Positions 11,550 to 23,049 are shown, counted from the stretch's first letter. The stretch: DNA of 64,000 bases from Octadecabacter sp. (GCA_047635635.1 JBLILC010000003.1:377-64376), one strand, 5' to 3'. Made by a program: numbers and translations. The notes: a model not told the origin generated them from the letters alone.

Positions 11550-13739
11550 ATGGCTGATTTTACCATGAAAATAGACGCTGATGGCGTTGCAATCATTACT
11601 TGGGATGTGCTTGGAAAATCAATGAATGTCCTCAGCCTTGAAGGCTGGGACAACCTAGATAAGTGTATCGATACCGCACTTTCTGACGATGATGTTAAGG
11701 GTATAATTATTACTTCCGGCAAAGACACGTTTGCTGGAGGAATGGATTTGAACATCATCGCCAAAATGAAGGCATCTGCAGGCGATAATCCAGCCAAAGG
11801 CCTGATGGACGGTATAATGAAATCTCATGCCATTCTGCGCAAGATTGAACGCGCTGGAATGGATCCCAAAACTAATAAAGGCGGCAAACCGATTGCAGCA
11901 GCTCTCACGGGCACAGCACTTGGAATTGGTTTGGAAATTCCACTTGCTTGCCACCGCATTTTTGTGGTGGACAATCCAAAGGCCAAAATTGGCTTGCCTG
12001 AGATTATGGTTGGTATATTTCCGGGCATGGGCGGTACAACTCGTCTGGTGCGCAAACTTGGCGCAATGGTGGCGTCACCGCTGCTACTTGAAGGAAAAAT
12101 GAACGATCCCAAAAGAGCGATGCAGGCTGGGGTTGTCGATGAGGTTGTTACAGCAGATGAGTTGATGGCGAAGGCCAAAGTATGGGTACTATCAGAGCCA
12201 AAGATCGTCAAATCATGGGATGAAAAGGGCTACAAAATGCCCGGCGGTGAACCCTACCACCCCGCCGGCTTCATGACTTTCGTCGGTGCGTCCGCAATGG
12301 TGAACGGCAAGACTCAAGGCGTATATCCAGCTGCCAAGGCATTGTTGTCTGCAGTCTATGAGGGCGCGATGGTGCCGTTCGATACTGCTCTGAGGATAGA
12401 GGCACGCTGGTTTACCAATGTGCTAATGAATCCGAGCTCGGAGGCGATGATCCGGTCTTTATTCATCAACAAAGAAGCTTTGGATAAGGGCGCGAACCGC
12501 CCAGATGTTGCCGACCAGACTGTCAAGAAAGTCGGTGTCTTAGGTGCAGGCATGATGGGCGCTGGTATTTCGCTGGTGTCCGCACTAGCAGGTATCGAAG
12601 TCGTATTGATCGACCGTGAGCAGACCTCAGCTGACAAGGGAAAATCCTACACTTCCTACTACATGGATAAAGGAATTGCGCGTAAGAAAGTGACTGCTGA
12701 AAAGAAGGATAAGGTATTATCTATGATAACGGCTACCACCGATCTCGACGCTCTAAAAGGCTGCGATCTGATCGTTGAAGCCGTGTTCGAGGACGTCAGC
12801 GTCAAAGCCGAGATGACAAATAAGGTCGAAGCCATCGTCGGCAAGGACTGCATTTTTGCCACAAACACATCCACACTGCCAATTACTGAATTGGCCAAAG
12901 CGTCTGTACGCGCAGACAAGTTTATAGGCATCCACTTTTTTAGCCCTGTCGATAAAATGGCGCTGGTGGAGATCATTCGCGGTCGCGAAACTGGCGATGT
13001 GGCAGTTGCAAAATCCCTTGATTTTGTGCGCCAAATCCGAAAAACGCCAATTGTTGTTAACGATGAACGTTTCTTTTACGCCAACCGATGCATTCTGCCT
13101 TATGTCAACGAAGGCTTACGGATGCTGCAAGAAGGCGTCACCCCTGCACTAATCGAAAACGCTGCCAAACTACTCGGTATGCCGCTTGGTCCATTACAGT
13201 TGACGGACGAAACCAGCATTGATCTTGGAGTTAAGATTGCTAAGGCAACGAAGATGGCGATGTGTCACGCCTATGACGACACCACGGACGAACTGATCTT
13301 CTGGATGGCTGACGAGGGCCGCCTTGGTCGCAAGACGAAAGCGGGCTTTTACAATTATAACGAAAAAGGCAAGCGCCTGTATTTGTGGTCAGGCCTGACG
13401 GAACGCTATCCGCCTTCTCATGAACAACCCGACCTTGTCGAATTGCAGCATCGTCTACTGTTCAGCCAAGTTCTTGAGGCCGTGCGTGCACTGGAAGAAG
13501 GCGTGCTGATGGACATCCGCGAAGGTGATGTCGGCGCAATCCTTGGCTGGGGCTTTGCGCCTTGGTCGGGTGGCCCGTTTAGCTGGCTTGATATCCTTGG
13601 GGCGCCCTATGCGGCCGCACGGTGTGATGAGCTGAGCAAAGTTTATGGCAACAGATTTGAATGCCCAGCTCTATTGCGTGATCTGGCTGACAAAAACCAA
13701 TCGTTCTACGGACGTTTCCATTCAGGCTTGGAAAATTAA
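11550..13739 (+). CDS. Fatty acid oxidation complex alpha subunit (enoyl-CoA hydratase/3-hydroxyacyl-CoA dehydrogenase, FadB/FadJ-type)
   Basis: Crotonase domain (FAGGMDL, GLPE..PGMGG) plus [12 protein letters not shown] site, [14 protein letters not shown]. Confidence 0.94.
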   Translation: MADFTMKIDADGVAIITWDVLGKSMNVLSLEGWDNLDKCIDTALSDDDVKGIIITSGKDTFAGGMDLNIIAKMKASAGDNPAKGLMDGIMKSHAILRKIERAGMDPKTNKGGKPIAAALTGTALGIGLEIPLACHRIFVVDNPKAKIGLPEIMVGIFPGMGGTTRLVRKLGAMVASPLLLEGKMNDPKRAMQAGVVDEVVTADELMAKAKVWVLSEPKIVKSWDEKGYKMPGGEPYHPAGFMTFVGASAMVNGKTQGVYPAAKALLSAVYEGAMVPFDTALRIEARWFTNVLMNPSSEAMIRSLFINKEALDKGANRPDVADQTVKKVGVLGAGMMGAGISLVSALAGIEVVLIDREQTSADKGKSYTSYYMDKGIARKKVTAEKKDKVLSMITATTDLDALKGCDLIVEAVFEDVSVKAEMTNKVEAIVGKDCIFATNTSTLPITELAKASVRADKFIGIHFFSPVDKMALVEIIRGRETGDVAVAKSLDFVRQIRKTPIVVNDERFFYANRCILPYVNEGLRMLQEGVTPALIENAAKLLGMPLGPLQLTDETSIDLGVKIAKATKMAMCHAYDDTTDELIFWMADEGRLGRKTKAGFYNYNEKGKRLYLWSGLTERYPPSHEQPDLVELQHRLLFSQVLEAVRALEEGVLMDIREGDVGAILGWGFAPWSGGPFSWLDILGAPYAAARCDELSKVYGNRFECPALLRDLADKNQSFYGRFHSGLEN

Positions 13740-13769
13740 ATGAATCAAGAACCAGCCATCAAAAACACA

Positions 13770-13807
13770 ATGGCCGCGCAAGAAAGCGCAGTCATTTTTG
13801 ATTTTTT
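13770..13807 (+). terminator. Probable terminator after the fadJ-like gene
   Basis: ATGGCCGCGC-AAGAAA-GCGCAGTCAT imperfect stem followed by TTTTGATTTTTT. Confidence 0.45.
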
Positions 13808-14639
13808 CCAGAATTTATTTAACCACGCCTGCCTTAAACACGTGGTTCAAAATAGTCGGATCTCAGAGCAGATTGGACTTATCCCTTTGAAAAAACATAA
13901 CATATACCTCCTAACGGGCAGGTCCATTATACCTTGTGATTGCTTCCACCGAAAGGCATGAGCTGATTGGCCGCGGGCAAAATTGTATACATATCAAGCT
14001 TGGCTGGATCAATTTTGAACATAAGGTTTTGGTGCTCAATGTTTTTTCTAATTCAATGCCAATGAGAGCAATCTTAATGATTTTAATTCAAAAAAATTCT
14101 ATTAAGTTAGATAAAGATCTCCCTGACATAAGGCTAAATAATCTGGACCGTGCACTCAGCTGTGCAGTTCCTCAGCTATCATCTACGTAAGCTGTATTCG
14201 TTAATCACAGAGGTGGAACCTGGGTTGAATAAAATATTTTAAATTATTTCACAAACGTATAACTTTATTACCAGAGAGAAATCTTGGTGAAAGAGCAATA
14301 AAATAATTCCAAATTTTCGGTTGTAACGGCTTTATTGAATCATTTTATATCGTATTGAAATCTCCCAACTCCGCAAAGTATAAAGCAATAATCAACAAAT
14401 ATATTTTGCAATAAAACATGGGGTAATCAATATGGTTTCTCGTTCTTGCAAACACTCAGACAAGAAGTGTTACTATCGAATACATTCAAGATCAAAACAT
14501 CTGTTGTCACATGTTAGTTTCAAATTTCTGACCTAGTAATTTACATTACCATCAAGTGCAGTTGTACTACACCCCAAGCCTGCTTGAACTTTATAGCTGA
14601 AATTAACATGCAAATAATGAGTCTAAAATTGGCGCAACA

Positions 14640-15276
14640 TCATAGCTTTTCACAATTTCATGGGCGCATTAATTCATGATTAATCTGGTTTCCCAAGCTA
14701 CGCAAAAGCCACACTAGTCGCGGTTGCATTGGCTTAGGTTGGCAATAGGCAAGGCCAACTTTAAACTATGGTAAGTCCCGAGCCCCGCAAAATCATTAGT
14801 CAAATGATTAATCGGTTATAAAAGTTCAGCGCGCATAGTACCTTCCTCACTACCCATATAAGCGCATAAGGGTTAGTGCTAAATTTATCTTTGGTCAGCA
14901 AAGCATTTAAAAGCCAGCAAAATCCTGGGACTTAGTGGACATAACAGCCAGTTGATCGAACGTCTGCGTCTTGGGCCAATAATAATAACAGCTCACAATT
15001 GGGCTCCACAAATTATGCACAAAGGCAAAGGTCAGCAGGTCAAGCATCTCAATGGGGTGATTAAACTTTGGAAGCCCACTTATATCAGAATTTTCATAAT
15101 CGTACTGCGGTATCAACGCTTTAATAATGTAATGTCATGCCATTTACGTGCTGTCGACTTGTCACCAATTATGGCTTCATCCACTTTAGCGAAATCTGCT
15201 AGAACCAACGCCATCTCAGTCGAATAAATTTTTGGGATATGCTAAAAAGATAAGCATGCCAGTGTAAAATAATCAT
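14640..15276 (-). pseudogene. Sulfotransferase family 2 pseudogene
   Basis: Fragments in different frames: MII...F*HIPK (PAPS-binding HIPKT-like) ...IIGD; FAFVHNLWSPIVSCYYY (cf. FVRNPWDRxVSxY); QTFDQLAV..DFAGF; multiple stops and frameshifts; 3' boundary approximate. Confidence 0.75.
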
Positions 15277-15283
15277 AAGATCC

Positions 15284-16183
15284 TCACTTTGACCTTAGCG
15301 CAATTATCGACCCTGAAGCGATAATGCAGGCAATACCAAATAGAGCCAATACACCCAAAGTTTGCCCCCACATGATCCACCCAAAAATCGCAGCGAACAA
15401 AATGAGAGAATATTCGTTAATAGCAACATACGATGCTTCACCTAGTTGATAGCCACGAGTCAACAGGCCCACTCCAATGATACTGCCCACTGCTTGCCCA
15501 ATGGTAACCCAAATCATGGTAATCGTCATCGGCGCAAAACCCCGTTGCAACCAGCCATCAACACCGAATGGCGCATCCATTGGCCAAATAGTTAGCGTGG
15601 CGACGCCCAGTAAGCCATAGACGCCAAGAATGACAAAATAGGCCAGCGTCATCACCAGCACGCTTTCACCTTCGCACCACGCACGAGTACCGATGGCGCC
15701 GACCGCATAAAACACGCCCGCGATGATTGGCACAAAAGCCAAAACAGTAATATTGTCGTCCTGCGGCCACACCACGAGCACCGCGCCACCAAACCCAATA
15801 ACGACCGCCGCCCAGCGCCAGAACCCAACAGACTGCCCCCGAAACAACACAGATAAAATTAAAACGAAAATCGGGGCCGTGAACAGGCCAGCCACCGCGA
15901 CGCCAATGGGTAAAAAGGCAAGGCAGCCAAAATAGATCAGCAGCGCCGTGCTCGTAAAGAAATTGCGTGCCAATACGTGCAATGGTCGGTTTGCGCGCAA
16001 AGTGCCAAGACCAAGCAGCGCAAGAAGTGCCAACATCGGCAAGGTTGCAACAGAACGCGCTACTTGAAACAGCCACAGGCTAGAGTTTTCAGAAATAAGT
16101 GGGATCAGATTGTCCGTCACGCCAAGCACGAACATGCCGCATAGGGTACAAATCATCGACAACTTGAGGTTCGTGGCTTGCAT
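15284..16183 (-). CDS. DMT/EamA family transporter
   Basis: About 10 TM segments, FTAPIF...LFRGQSVG..RW motif. Confidence 0.88.
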   Translation of the reverse strand: MQATNLKLSMICTLCGMFVLGVTDNLIPLISENSSLWLFQVARSVATLPMLALLALLGLGTLRANRPLHVLARNFFTSTALLIYFGCLAFLPIGVAVAGLFTAPIFVLILSVLFRGQSVGFWRWAAVVIGFGGAVLVVWPQDDNITVLAFVPIIAGVFYAVGAIGTRAWCEGESVLVMTLAYFVILGVYGLLGVATLTIWPMDAPFGVDGWLQRGFAPMTITMIWVTIGQAVGSIIGVGLLTRGYQLGEASYVAINEYSLILFAAIFGWIMWGQTLGVLALFGIACIIASGSIIALRSK

Positions 16184-16324
16184 TTGCGGTTCATCCTTTA
16201 TCGCACTGTCCCCGTCGCGCGGTCACTGCGCCAGTCCAAAAGCGACACGCTGGAGAACATCGGCGTTTGACATCTGCGAAATCTGGGACAATTTTGTAGT
16301 TGCAATATCTTGGAGGAAATGCAC

Positions 16325-17956
16325 ATGGGCTGGATGAGGGATGAGACAGGGCTTGATAAAACACCTGCGAATTATGTACCCCTCACCCCATTGAGCCATC
16401 TGGCCCGTGCGGCCAAGGTTTTTGCGGACCGAGAGGCAATGGTTTATGGCAATATGCGTCTGACCTACCGCAATTATCATGCGCGGGTTAGCCAATTGGC
16501 AAGCGCATTGCAGATGGTAGGCGTTGTTCAGGGCGATGTTGTTGCGACCCTGCTACCTAACATCCCCGCCCAAGCCGAAGCCCATTTTGGCGTACCCGCA
16601 GCAGGGGCGGTACTAAATACCATCAATATCCGGCTAGACGTTGATACGATCACCTATATTTTCGATCATGGTGAGGCAAAGGTTGTACTATGCGACAGTC
16701 AGTTCCTGCCAGTCTGCATGCAAGCAATTAAAGCAATGAAGGGGAAGGGACCGCTAGTCGTTGAGGTGCCAGACCGGATTGCCGGCGTTCCCGAGATTGG
16801 CGAGCAAATTGATTATGAGACATTTCTAGCCACAGGCGATCCAAATTTTATATGGATCATGCCCGATGATGAATGGGAGAGCCTTGCGCTAAATTACACG
16901 TCAGGCACGACTGGTCAGCCCAAAGGTGTCGTTTATCACCACCGCGGCGCTTATCTGATGACGGTAGCAACCCCCGTAACGTGGCGCATGACGCTTCACC
17001 CGCGCTATTTGACCATCGTGCCGCTGTTTCATTGCAACGGCTGGAACCACACATGGATGATTCCGATGCTAGGCGGCACAGTCGTATGCTGTCGCGACGT
17101 ATCGGCAGCGGCGATCTATAATGCGATTGTCGATGAAGGTGTTACACATTTTGGAGGTGCACCTATAGTTTTGAATTTGCTGGTAAACGCAAAACCCGAA
17201 GACCGCCGCGATTTTGATCATACAGTTGAGGTATTCACTGCCGGAGCGCCCCCTGCCCCCGCAACACTGGCGGCGATTGGTGATCTGGGCTTCAACGTGC
17301 AACAGGTTTATGGGCTGACGGAAACCTTTGGCCACGTCACAGAGTGTTTGTGGAACAATGATTGGGATACCTTACCCGTGGATAAGGTGGCCGCAATCAA
17401 GGCCCGCCAAGGTGTCGCGTTTCCGCAAATGGAAGATATCACTGTGATGTCACTGATTGAGACCGGTGTAATGGAACAGGTTAAGATGGACGGCAAAACC
17501 CAAGGTCAGATCGTGATCAGGGGCAATTCAGTGATGAAGGGCTATCTTAAAAATCCTGATGCCACGGCCAAGGCGTTCAGTGGCGGATATTTCAATTCTG
17601 AGGATTTAGCGGTGCAGCACCCCAACGGATACATGCAGATTGCAGATCGCGCCAAAGATATCATCATTTCCGGTGGGGAAAATATATCGTCTGTTGAAGT
17701 TGAAGGGGCCCTGATGGGGCATCCAGATGTTATGCTCTGTGCCGTTGTGGCGATGCCGGATGACAAATGGGGCGAAGTACCCTGCGCCTTTGTTGAATTG
17801 AAAGTTGGACACAAGGGTGACGCGGCCGCGTTGATCGCATTTACAAAAGAACAGCTGGCAGGATTCAAATGCCCAAAAAAGATCGTGTTTGGCGAATTGC
17901 CCAAAACATCGACCGGCAAAGTCCAGAAGTTTGAGCTGCGCAAGATGTTTCGATAA
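16325..17956 (+). CDS. AMP-dependent acyl-CoA synthetase (DmdB/AAE7-like family)
   Basis: ANYVPLTPLSHL N-terminus, NYTSGTTGQPKG, YGLTE, DRAKDIIISGGENISS, PKTSTGK; GGAGG RBS before ATG 16325. Confidence 0.92.
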   Translation: MGWMRDETGLDKTPANYVPLTPLSHLARAAKVFADREAMVYGNMRLTYRNYHARVSQLASALQMVGVVQGDVVATLLPNIPAQAEAHFGVPAAGAVLNTINIRLDVDTITYIFDHGEAKVVLCDSQFLPVCMQAIKAMKGKGPLVVEVPDRIAGVPEIGEQIDYETFLATGDPNFIWIMPDDEWESLALNYTSGTTGQPKGVVYHHRGAYLMTVATPVTWRMTLHPRYLTIVPLFHCNGWNHTWMIPMLGGTVVCCRDVSAAAIYNAIVDEGVTHFGGAPIVLNLLVNAKPEDRRDFDHTVEVFTAGAPPAPATLAAIGDLGFNVQQVYGLTETFGHVTECLWNNDWDTLPVDKVAAIKARQGVAFPQMEDITVMSLIETGVMEQVKMDGKTQGQIVIRGNSVMKGYLKNPDATAKAFSGGYFNSEDLAVQHPNGYMQIADRAKDIIISGGENISSVEVEGALMGHPDVMLCAVVAMPDDKWGEVPCAFVELKVGHKGDAAALIAFTKEQLAGFKCPKKIVFGELPKTSTGKVQKFELRKMFR

Positions 17957-18184
17957 AGACGACAAGAACTTAACTGATTATGGCTAGTTTTGAGTTTTAT
18001 AAAGAGGCCCGCAATGCGCGCGAGTCCTACAAAATTTGCAAAAACCATATTTTCTAAGTAGATGTCGAAGCATGTTAATAGCTTTCGTAAGCTAAGCTAA
18101 ACTCAGTCACGCAGATAAAAACCTTTCGGGTTGCATGGATGGCCACGCAAAAAACCCGAAAACTATCTGTAAAAAGGAGTGCAA

Positions 18185-18579
18185 ATGTATAACAATATTA
18201 TTGTTCCCGTTGATTTTGGACATGAAAAGATTCTCAGGCGGGTACTGGAAACGCTGGCTAATATCGCCGGATACTACAGGACAAGAATTACAAACGTCTT
18301 TGTCACAAATTCTGCGCCTGGGTTCATTGCCCATTCAACCAAAAAATCCCCAAGAATTAAGCAGATATACACAAAGTCGAGACTGCCCCACATTCGGCAA
18401 TCAGCCGCGAAGCAAGTGGCAACCTTGATACCACCCTTCTTAAGGCTGCTGGTGAAATCAATGTCGATCTGGTCGTCATGCAAAGCCATATTTCAGTGCT
18501 GGCAGATCTTCTGTGGTCGTCAATCGGTAGCAAGATAGCACGACTGGAAAAACGTTCTGTCAAGGTTGTGTGCAACTGA
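18185..18579 (+). pseudogene. Universal stress protein pseudogene
   Basis: MYNNIIVPVDF start behind AAGGAG RBS; after frameshift(s) LLKAAGEINVDLVVMQSH and SIGSKIA...SVKVV; frame broken mid-gene. Confidence 0.8.
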
Positions 18580-18635
18580 TAGAGCGCTGCCAAAAGCGCG
18601 GGGCGACACCACCAAGCAAAGAGGAACAATGAAAT

Positions 18636-20369
18636 ATGACTGATGAAACAACAAATCCGGGTATTCCAGAACCCGAGGGCCGATCGGACATAATCGATAC
18701 TGATTACAAGGTTGGACAAGATAATATTGAAGCCACAGTCGCAGGCATCAAGCTTGATATTCACAATCCTGTTTTTATAATATCCGCTGCGATGATCCTA
18801 TTGTTTGTCGCCATCGCGCTAGTGTTTCCAGAAGCTTCCAAAGAGGTCTTTTTGGCGGTTCGCAATTACATCAAAAGCACCTTTGACTGGTTCTTCTTAA
18901 TGTCGGCCAACCTGTTCGTAATTTTTGCACTTTTGTTGATCGTAACCCCGTGGGGCAAGGTTAGACTAGGCGGGACAGACGCTGTGCCAGATTACAGTTA
19001 TCTCGCTTGGTTTGCGATGTTATTCGCCGCAGGCATGGGCATCGGCTTGATGTTCTTTGGTGTGCTGGAACCTGTCTATTACTTCGCAACGCCGTGGGGC
19101 GATCAACCACTTGGTGGTGAATTGGGAATCGTAGATGGTGTTGTGCAGAGTGCGGCGCAAGTAGAAGCAGCACGGCGCATGGCCATGGCCGCTACGATTT
19201 TCCACTGGGGTCTGCACCCATGGGCAATCTATGCCATCGTTGCTTTGGCGCTGGCACTATTCAGTTACAACAAGGGCTTGCCACTGACGTTGCGGTCCGC
19301 ATTTTACCCTATCCTAGGTGAACGCATCTGGGGACCGTGGGGCCACACTATCGACTGTACAGCGGCATTCGCGACGCTGTTCGGTTTGGCCACATCGCTA
19401 GGCTTTGGTGCGACACAGGTGGCTTCAGGTTTGACTGAAGTGTTCGGGTCAGGAAACTCCGTCGAAGGAACCCGTAACTTCATGGGCTTTCTATGGGGCA
19501 ACGTCGATTCGAGCGCGGACAGTTCAGTTCTGTTGGTTCTCATCATCGCGTTCATAACTGCAATCGCATTGGTCTCCGTGATGCGTGGCTTGGACGGTGG
19601 TGTAAAGGTGCTGTCCGAAATCAACATGGGGCTCGCCGGTATCCTGCTAGTGTTTGTGCTGATTGCAGGGCCGACAATCGCGATCTTTACTGACTTCTTT
19701 GGTGGGCTGCTCACCTATGCACAAAAAATCGTGCCACTAAGCAATCCTGTGGGCCGCGTCGATACAGGCTTCTTGCACGGATGGACAACGTTCTATTGGG
19801 CCTGGTGGATCAGCTGGTCACCTTTCGTGGGCATGTTTATCGCCCGTGTTAGCCGTGGTCGGACGGTTCGTGAATTCGTTACCTGTGTCTTATTAATCCC
19901 AAGTCTTGTTTGTGTGTTCTGGATGGCAACATTTGGTGGCACAGCAATCAGTCAAGTCGTTGCAAGCAGCACAGAAAGTGGGGTGTTCCAAAACGTAGTA
20001 GCAGCCTACAAGCCAGAAATTTCGCTCTTTGCGATGTTGGGTGAACTCCCATTTTCATCCATCTCTTCAGTTTTGGCTGTTGTACTAGTCATAGTGTTTT
20101 TTGTGACTTCATCAGATTCTGGTTCACTAGTGATCGACACGATCACAGCAGGCGGCAAAGTCGACGCCCCTGTGTCTCAGCGTATTTTCTGGTGCATTTT
20201 TGAAGGTGCGGTTGCGGGGGTGCTTCTTTTGGGGGCGGCGGGAACCGCCGGCCTGGAAAGTTTGCAGGCCATGGTGATCTCAACAGGACTGTTCTTTACG
20301 GTCGTCTTATTAGTATTGTGTTTTGCCATCTTCCAAGGATTGCGTTCTGAACGCACCGCGATGATGTGA
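18636..20369 (+). CDS. BCCT family transporter (betaine/carnitine/choline; possibly DMSP)
   Basis: AAGMGIGLMF, FHWGLHPW, WTTFYWAWWISWSPFVGMF, FFVTSSDSG. Confidence 0.95.
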   Translation: MTDETTNPGIPEPEGRSDIIDTDYKVGQDNIEATVAGIKLDIHNPVFIISAAMILLFVAIALVFPEASKEVFLAVRNYIKSTFDWFFLMSANLFVIFALLLIVTPWGKVRLGGTDAVPDYSYLAWFAMLFAAGMGIGLMFFGVLEPVYYFATPWGDQPLGGELGIVDGVVQSAAQVEAARRMAMAATIFHWGLHPWAIYAIVALALALFSYNKGLPLTLRSAFYPILGERIWGPWGHTIDCTAAFATLFGLATSLGFGATQVASGLTEVFGSGNSVEGTRNFMGFLWGNVDSSADSSVLLVLIIAFITAIALVSVMRGLDGGVKVLSEINMGLAGILLVFVLIAGPTIAIFTDFFGGLLTYAQKIVPLSNPVGRVDTGFLHGWTTFYWAWWISWSPFVGMFIARVSRGRTVREFVTCVLLIPSLVCVFWMATFGGTAISQVVASSTESGVFQNVVAAYKPEISLFAMLGELPFSSISSVLAVVLVIVFFVTSSDSGSLVIDTITAGGKVDAPVSQRIFWCIFEGAVAGVLLLGAAGTAGLESLQAMVISTGLFFTVVLLVLCFAIFQGLRSERTAMM

Positions 20370-20391
20370 TCGACATTCTGTACGAATTTAA

Positions 20392-20427
20392 GGGCCCCCT
20401 AACCATCACGGTTGGGGGGCTTTTTTT
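20392..20427 (+). terminator. Intrinsic terminator after BCCT gene
   Basis: GCCCCCTAACC-ATCAC-GGTTGGGGGGC followed by T7. Confidence 0.85.
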
Positions 20428-20508
20428 ATAGGCTACAGACTGTGACTGTCATTGCAGCTAGAATTTGCTAGGTTGAGCCCAATCACCCGAGGCAAAGCAG
20501 GCCCACAC

Positions 20509-21528
20509 ATGACAGCACTGACAGAATTCTCCCGATTAGAAAGTGGTGGCCTTTGGCGCGCTTCACCAGATAATCAGCGCCGTGAGGTCACTGTATCCCT
20601 TGGAAACGCCACTTTGGTGATATTGGACAGCGCTGACCGCCCCCTGACCCACTGGTCACTTCCAGCGGTTGAGCGGATGAACGCTGGCGAACGTCCTGCT
20701 TTGTACACGCCAGCAGCGGATGGCACCGAGACTTTAGAGATCAGCGATGACTTGATGATTAGCGCTATGGAAAAAGTTCGCAAAACCGTTAATCGTCGCC
20801 GCTACCGACCTGGTCGATTGCGCAATCTAGGACTGTTGATAACCACAGCCATCATATTGGTAATAGCGATGTTTTGGCTGCCTAATGCGTTGATCCGCAA
20901 AGCGCAAAACATGGTGCCTACCGTCAAACGGGTAGAAATTGGGGCGACACTGCTGGGTCACATTCAACACATTACTGGTCAAACCTGCCGCAGCCCATTA
21001 GGAACGCAAGCCTTGGAGGCGTTGCACAAGCGTGCGCTCGGCCCAGATGCGGGCGGGCAAGTGTTCGTGGTGCCATCAGGCCCCGACACGGCGATCTACC
21101 TACCCGGTGGTTTGATCGTGATTAATCGCGATCTTATAGAAGATACCGAAGATCCATCGGCGGTAGGTGGGCATATCATTGCCGCTGCTGCGCAACTGCG
21201 CATTCAAGATCCACTTGAGGCTTTGCTGAAATATTCTGGCATTAAAACGACTTTTACATTATTAACTCAAGGTGAGATCACCTCAGAATCATTGCGCAGC
21301 TATGCTGAAACGCTGTTCGCCAATCCACCTAAACGTGCAAACGATACGATATTATTAGACATGTTTGCGAGCGCCCAACTACCCATTACGCCCTACGCCT
21401 TCGCAGTTGATGTTACAGGTGAAACGACGCTTAACCTTATAGAGGCAGACCCCATGCAAGGCAGACCGGTCCGCGAAATCTTAAACGATACGGAATGGAT
21501 CAGCCTTCAAGGAATATGTACCAAATAG
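20509..21528 (+). CDS. Conserved membrane-anchored hypothetical protein with M48-peptidase-like C-terminal region lacking HExxH
   Basis: RLESGGLWR...HWSLPAVER N-terminus, one TM, LPGGLIVI segment; no HExxH. Confidence 0.75.
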   Translation: MTALTEFSRLESGGLWRASPDNQRREVTVSLGNATLVILDSADRPLTHWSLPAVERMNAGERPALYTPAADGTETLEISDDLMISAMEKVRKTVNRRRYRPGRLRNLGLLITTAIILVIAMFWLPNALIRKAQNMVPTVKRVEIGATLLGHIQHITGQTCRSPLGTQALEALHKRALGPDAGGQVFVVPSGPDTAIYLPGGLIVINRDLIEDTEDPSAVGGHIIAAAAQLRIQDPLEALLKYSGIKTTFTLLTQGEITSESLRSYAETLFANPPKRANDTILLDMFASAQLPITPYAFAVDVTGETTLNLIEADPMQGRPVREILNDTEWISLQGICTK

Positions 21529-21906
21529 CACGCTAATTATGCCATAAGAAAAAAGTTCCCGCGTCTAAGTAGGGTCCCTATCAAGGAGAACTGAGTAATG
21601 GTGTGAACCTAAAAAAGGGTCAATTTTTTACAATAACTTGTGTTATGACCAGCGCCAAGCCTATTTCGATGCCATTCTGGTTTAAGATACAGAACTACGA
21701 TGAAAGACAACGTGTTCTCAGCTATATTGCAATTTATTAAGCCTAGTTACAGATATTAAAAGAGCTGACATATACATATTGGTGATCATTTATCTGCAAT
21801 TTATAGATTGATTTGGATGGCAACACATAGCTGTTCAACTGCAAGCAAGACGAGTGTAATAGTTACGTTGCGTTTTGCGTTAGTTCAGCCCCACTGAGCT
21901 TTGCGT

Positions 21907-22995
21907 CTATTGGCCTTCGCGAATACCTCGTTGTGTGTTAAGACGACCATCATCCCATACAAGTTGATAGCCTATCGGAATCCTTGGCGTGGCCAACCCC
22001 AAACTACGAGTTGGGTTGGAATAAGGTGGTGGGTTCTGGTTGAGAAAATCATCAAAGAAGCTCTGCGATAAAACGGATGTACGCACTAGCGTCATTACGC
22101 TATTCGCCAAAGAGTTGGTGGCTGCCACCAAGCCGAATGTACTACTAGATAACACTTGCGAGCCGCACCGAATGGAAAAAAAATCATTGCTGTTGATCAA
22201 ACCGTCAGAGCTGCATGCAGATGTCAGGCCACTTTTCATTTCCGAGTTTAACGTATTGGACCCCTGCACTGTTTCAAGCGGGTTTGAATAAGGACCCTGA
22301 GGCCGCATAAGATCTGAGCCAATCCCCACAAACAGGCCAGCAATCGGTGTGATAAGCTGTGTCTGTTGTCCACAATGAATTGGCATGCCCGAACTCTGTA
22401 AAACAAGGTTGGGTTGAAAACCACTCAAACTAACACAGGCCTGAGAGCGCGTTAACACGCGCTGTTGAATAATTGGAGCTGTTTGAATAGTCGGGGTTTG
22501 CGACGCAGCCGCGACGGGTTGTAACGCACCAATTGCTTTAGCGCCTTGACCTATCAACGAGCTAATTATGGCCACTGAGGACGTCGGCACATTAGCACGC
22601 TGTGAGTGTGTCACTGGAACAACAGGCATAGGTATTCTAGTGAGGCGTGCCGTTAGCCCAGAAACAGGTGTGTCCAACGGATTGGGAACGTTCGTTGTGA
22701 GCGATATTGTCATGGATCCGGAAACCTGCGTAGGCTGGAAACCACAGAGTTGGTCACGGCTAAGATTGACCCGAGGCACCCAATTGATTAAGTCTCCATT
22801 TCCCACACGCACAAACACGCATCCACGACTATCTACATATTGATTTGGGGTAAAAGTCGGTGGTGGGAATTCCGCAGGCCCACTTAAATCAGAAAGCCTT
22901 TGACCAGATGCTACACCAGAAATAAGAGCGGCGACGACAGAAACAATTAACAAAAATCCAGAACGCTGTCCAAAAAAATGCATAATTGTCTCCAA
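21907..22995 (-). CDS. SPOR-domain-family exported protein, probably C-terminally truncated
   Basis: PAEFPP..NQYVDSRGCVFVR..WVPRV and WDDGRLN motifs typical of Rhodobacteraceae SPOR proteins next to upp; stops right after WDDGRLN with no SPOR domain. Confidence 0.6.
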   Translation of the reverse strand: METIMHFFGQRSGFLLIVSVVAALISGVASGQRLSDLSGPAEFPPPTFTPNQYVDSRGCVFVRVGNGDLINWVPRVNLSRDQLCGFQPTQVSGSMTISLTTNVPNPLDTPVSGLTARLTRIPMPVVPVTHSQRANVPTSSVAIISSLIGQGAKAIGALQPVAAASQTPTIQTAPIIQQRVLTRSQACVSLSGFQPNLVLQSSGMPIHCGQQTQLITPIAGLFVGIGSDLMRPQGPYSNPLETVQGSNTLNSEMKSGLTSACSSDGLINSNDFFSIRCGSQVLSSSTFGLVAATNSLANSVMTLVRTSVLSQSFFDDFLNQNPPPYSNPTRSLGLATPRIPIGYQLVWDDGRLNTQRGIREGQ

Positions 22996-23049
22996 AATAT
23001 ACCAATCACAATGATGAATAATCCCTTTTATGTAAAGAGATTCTTACAA

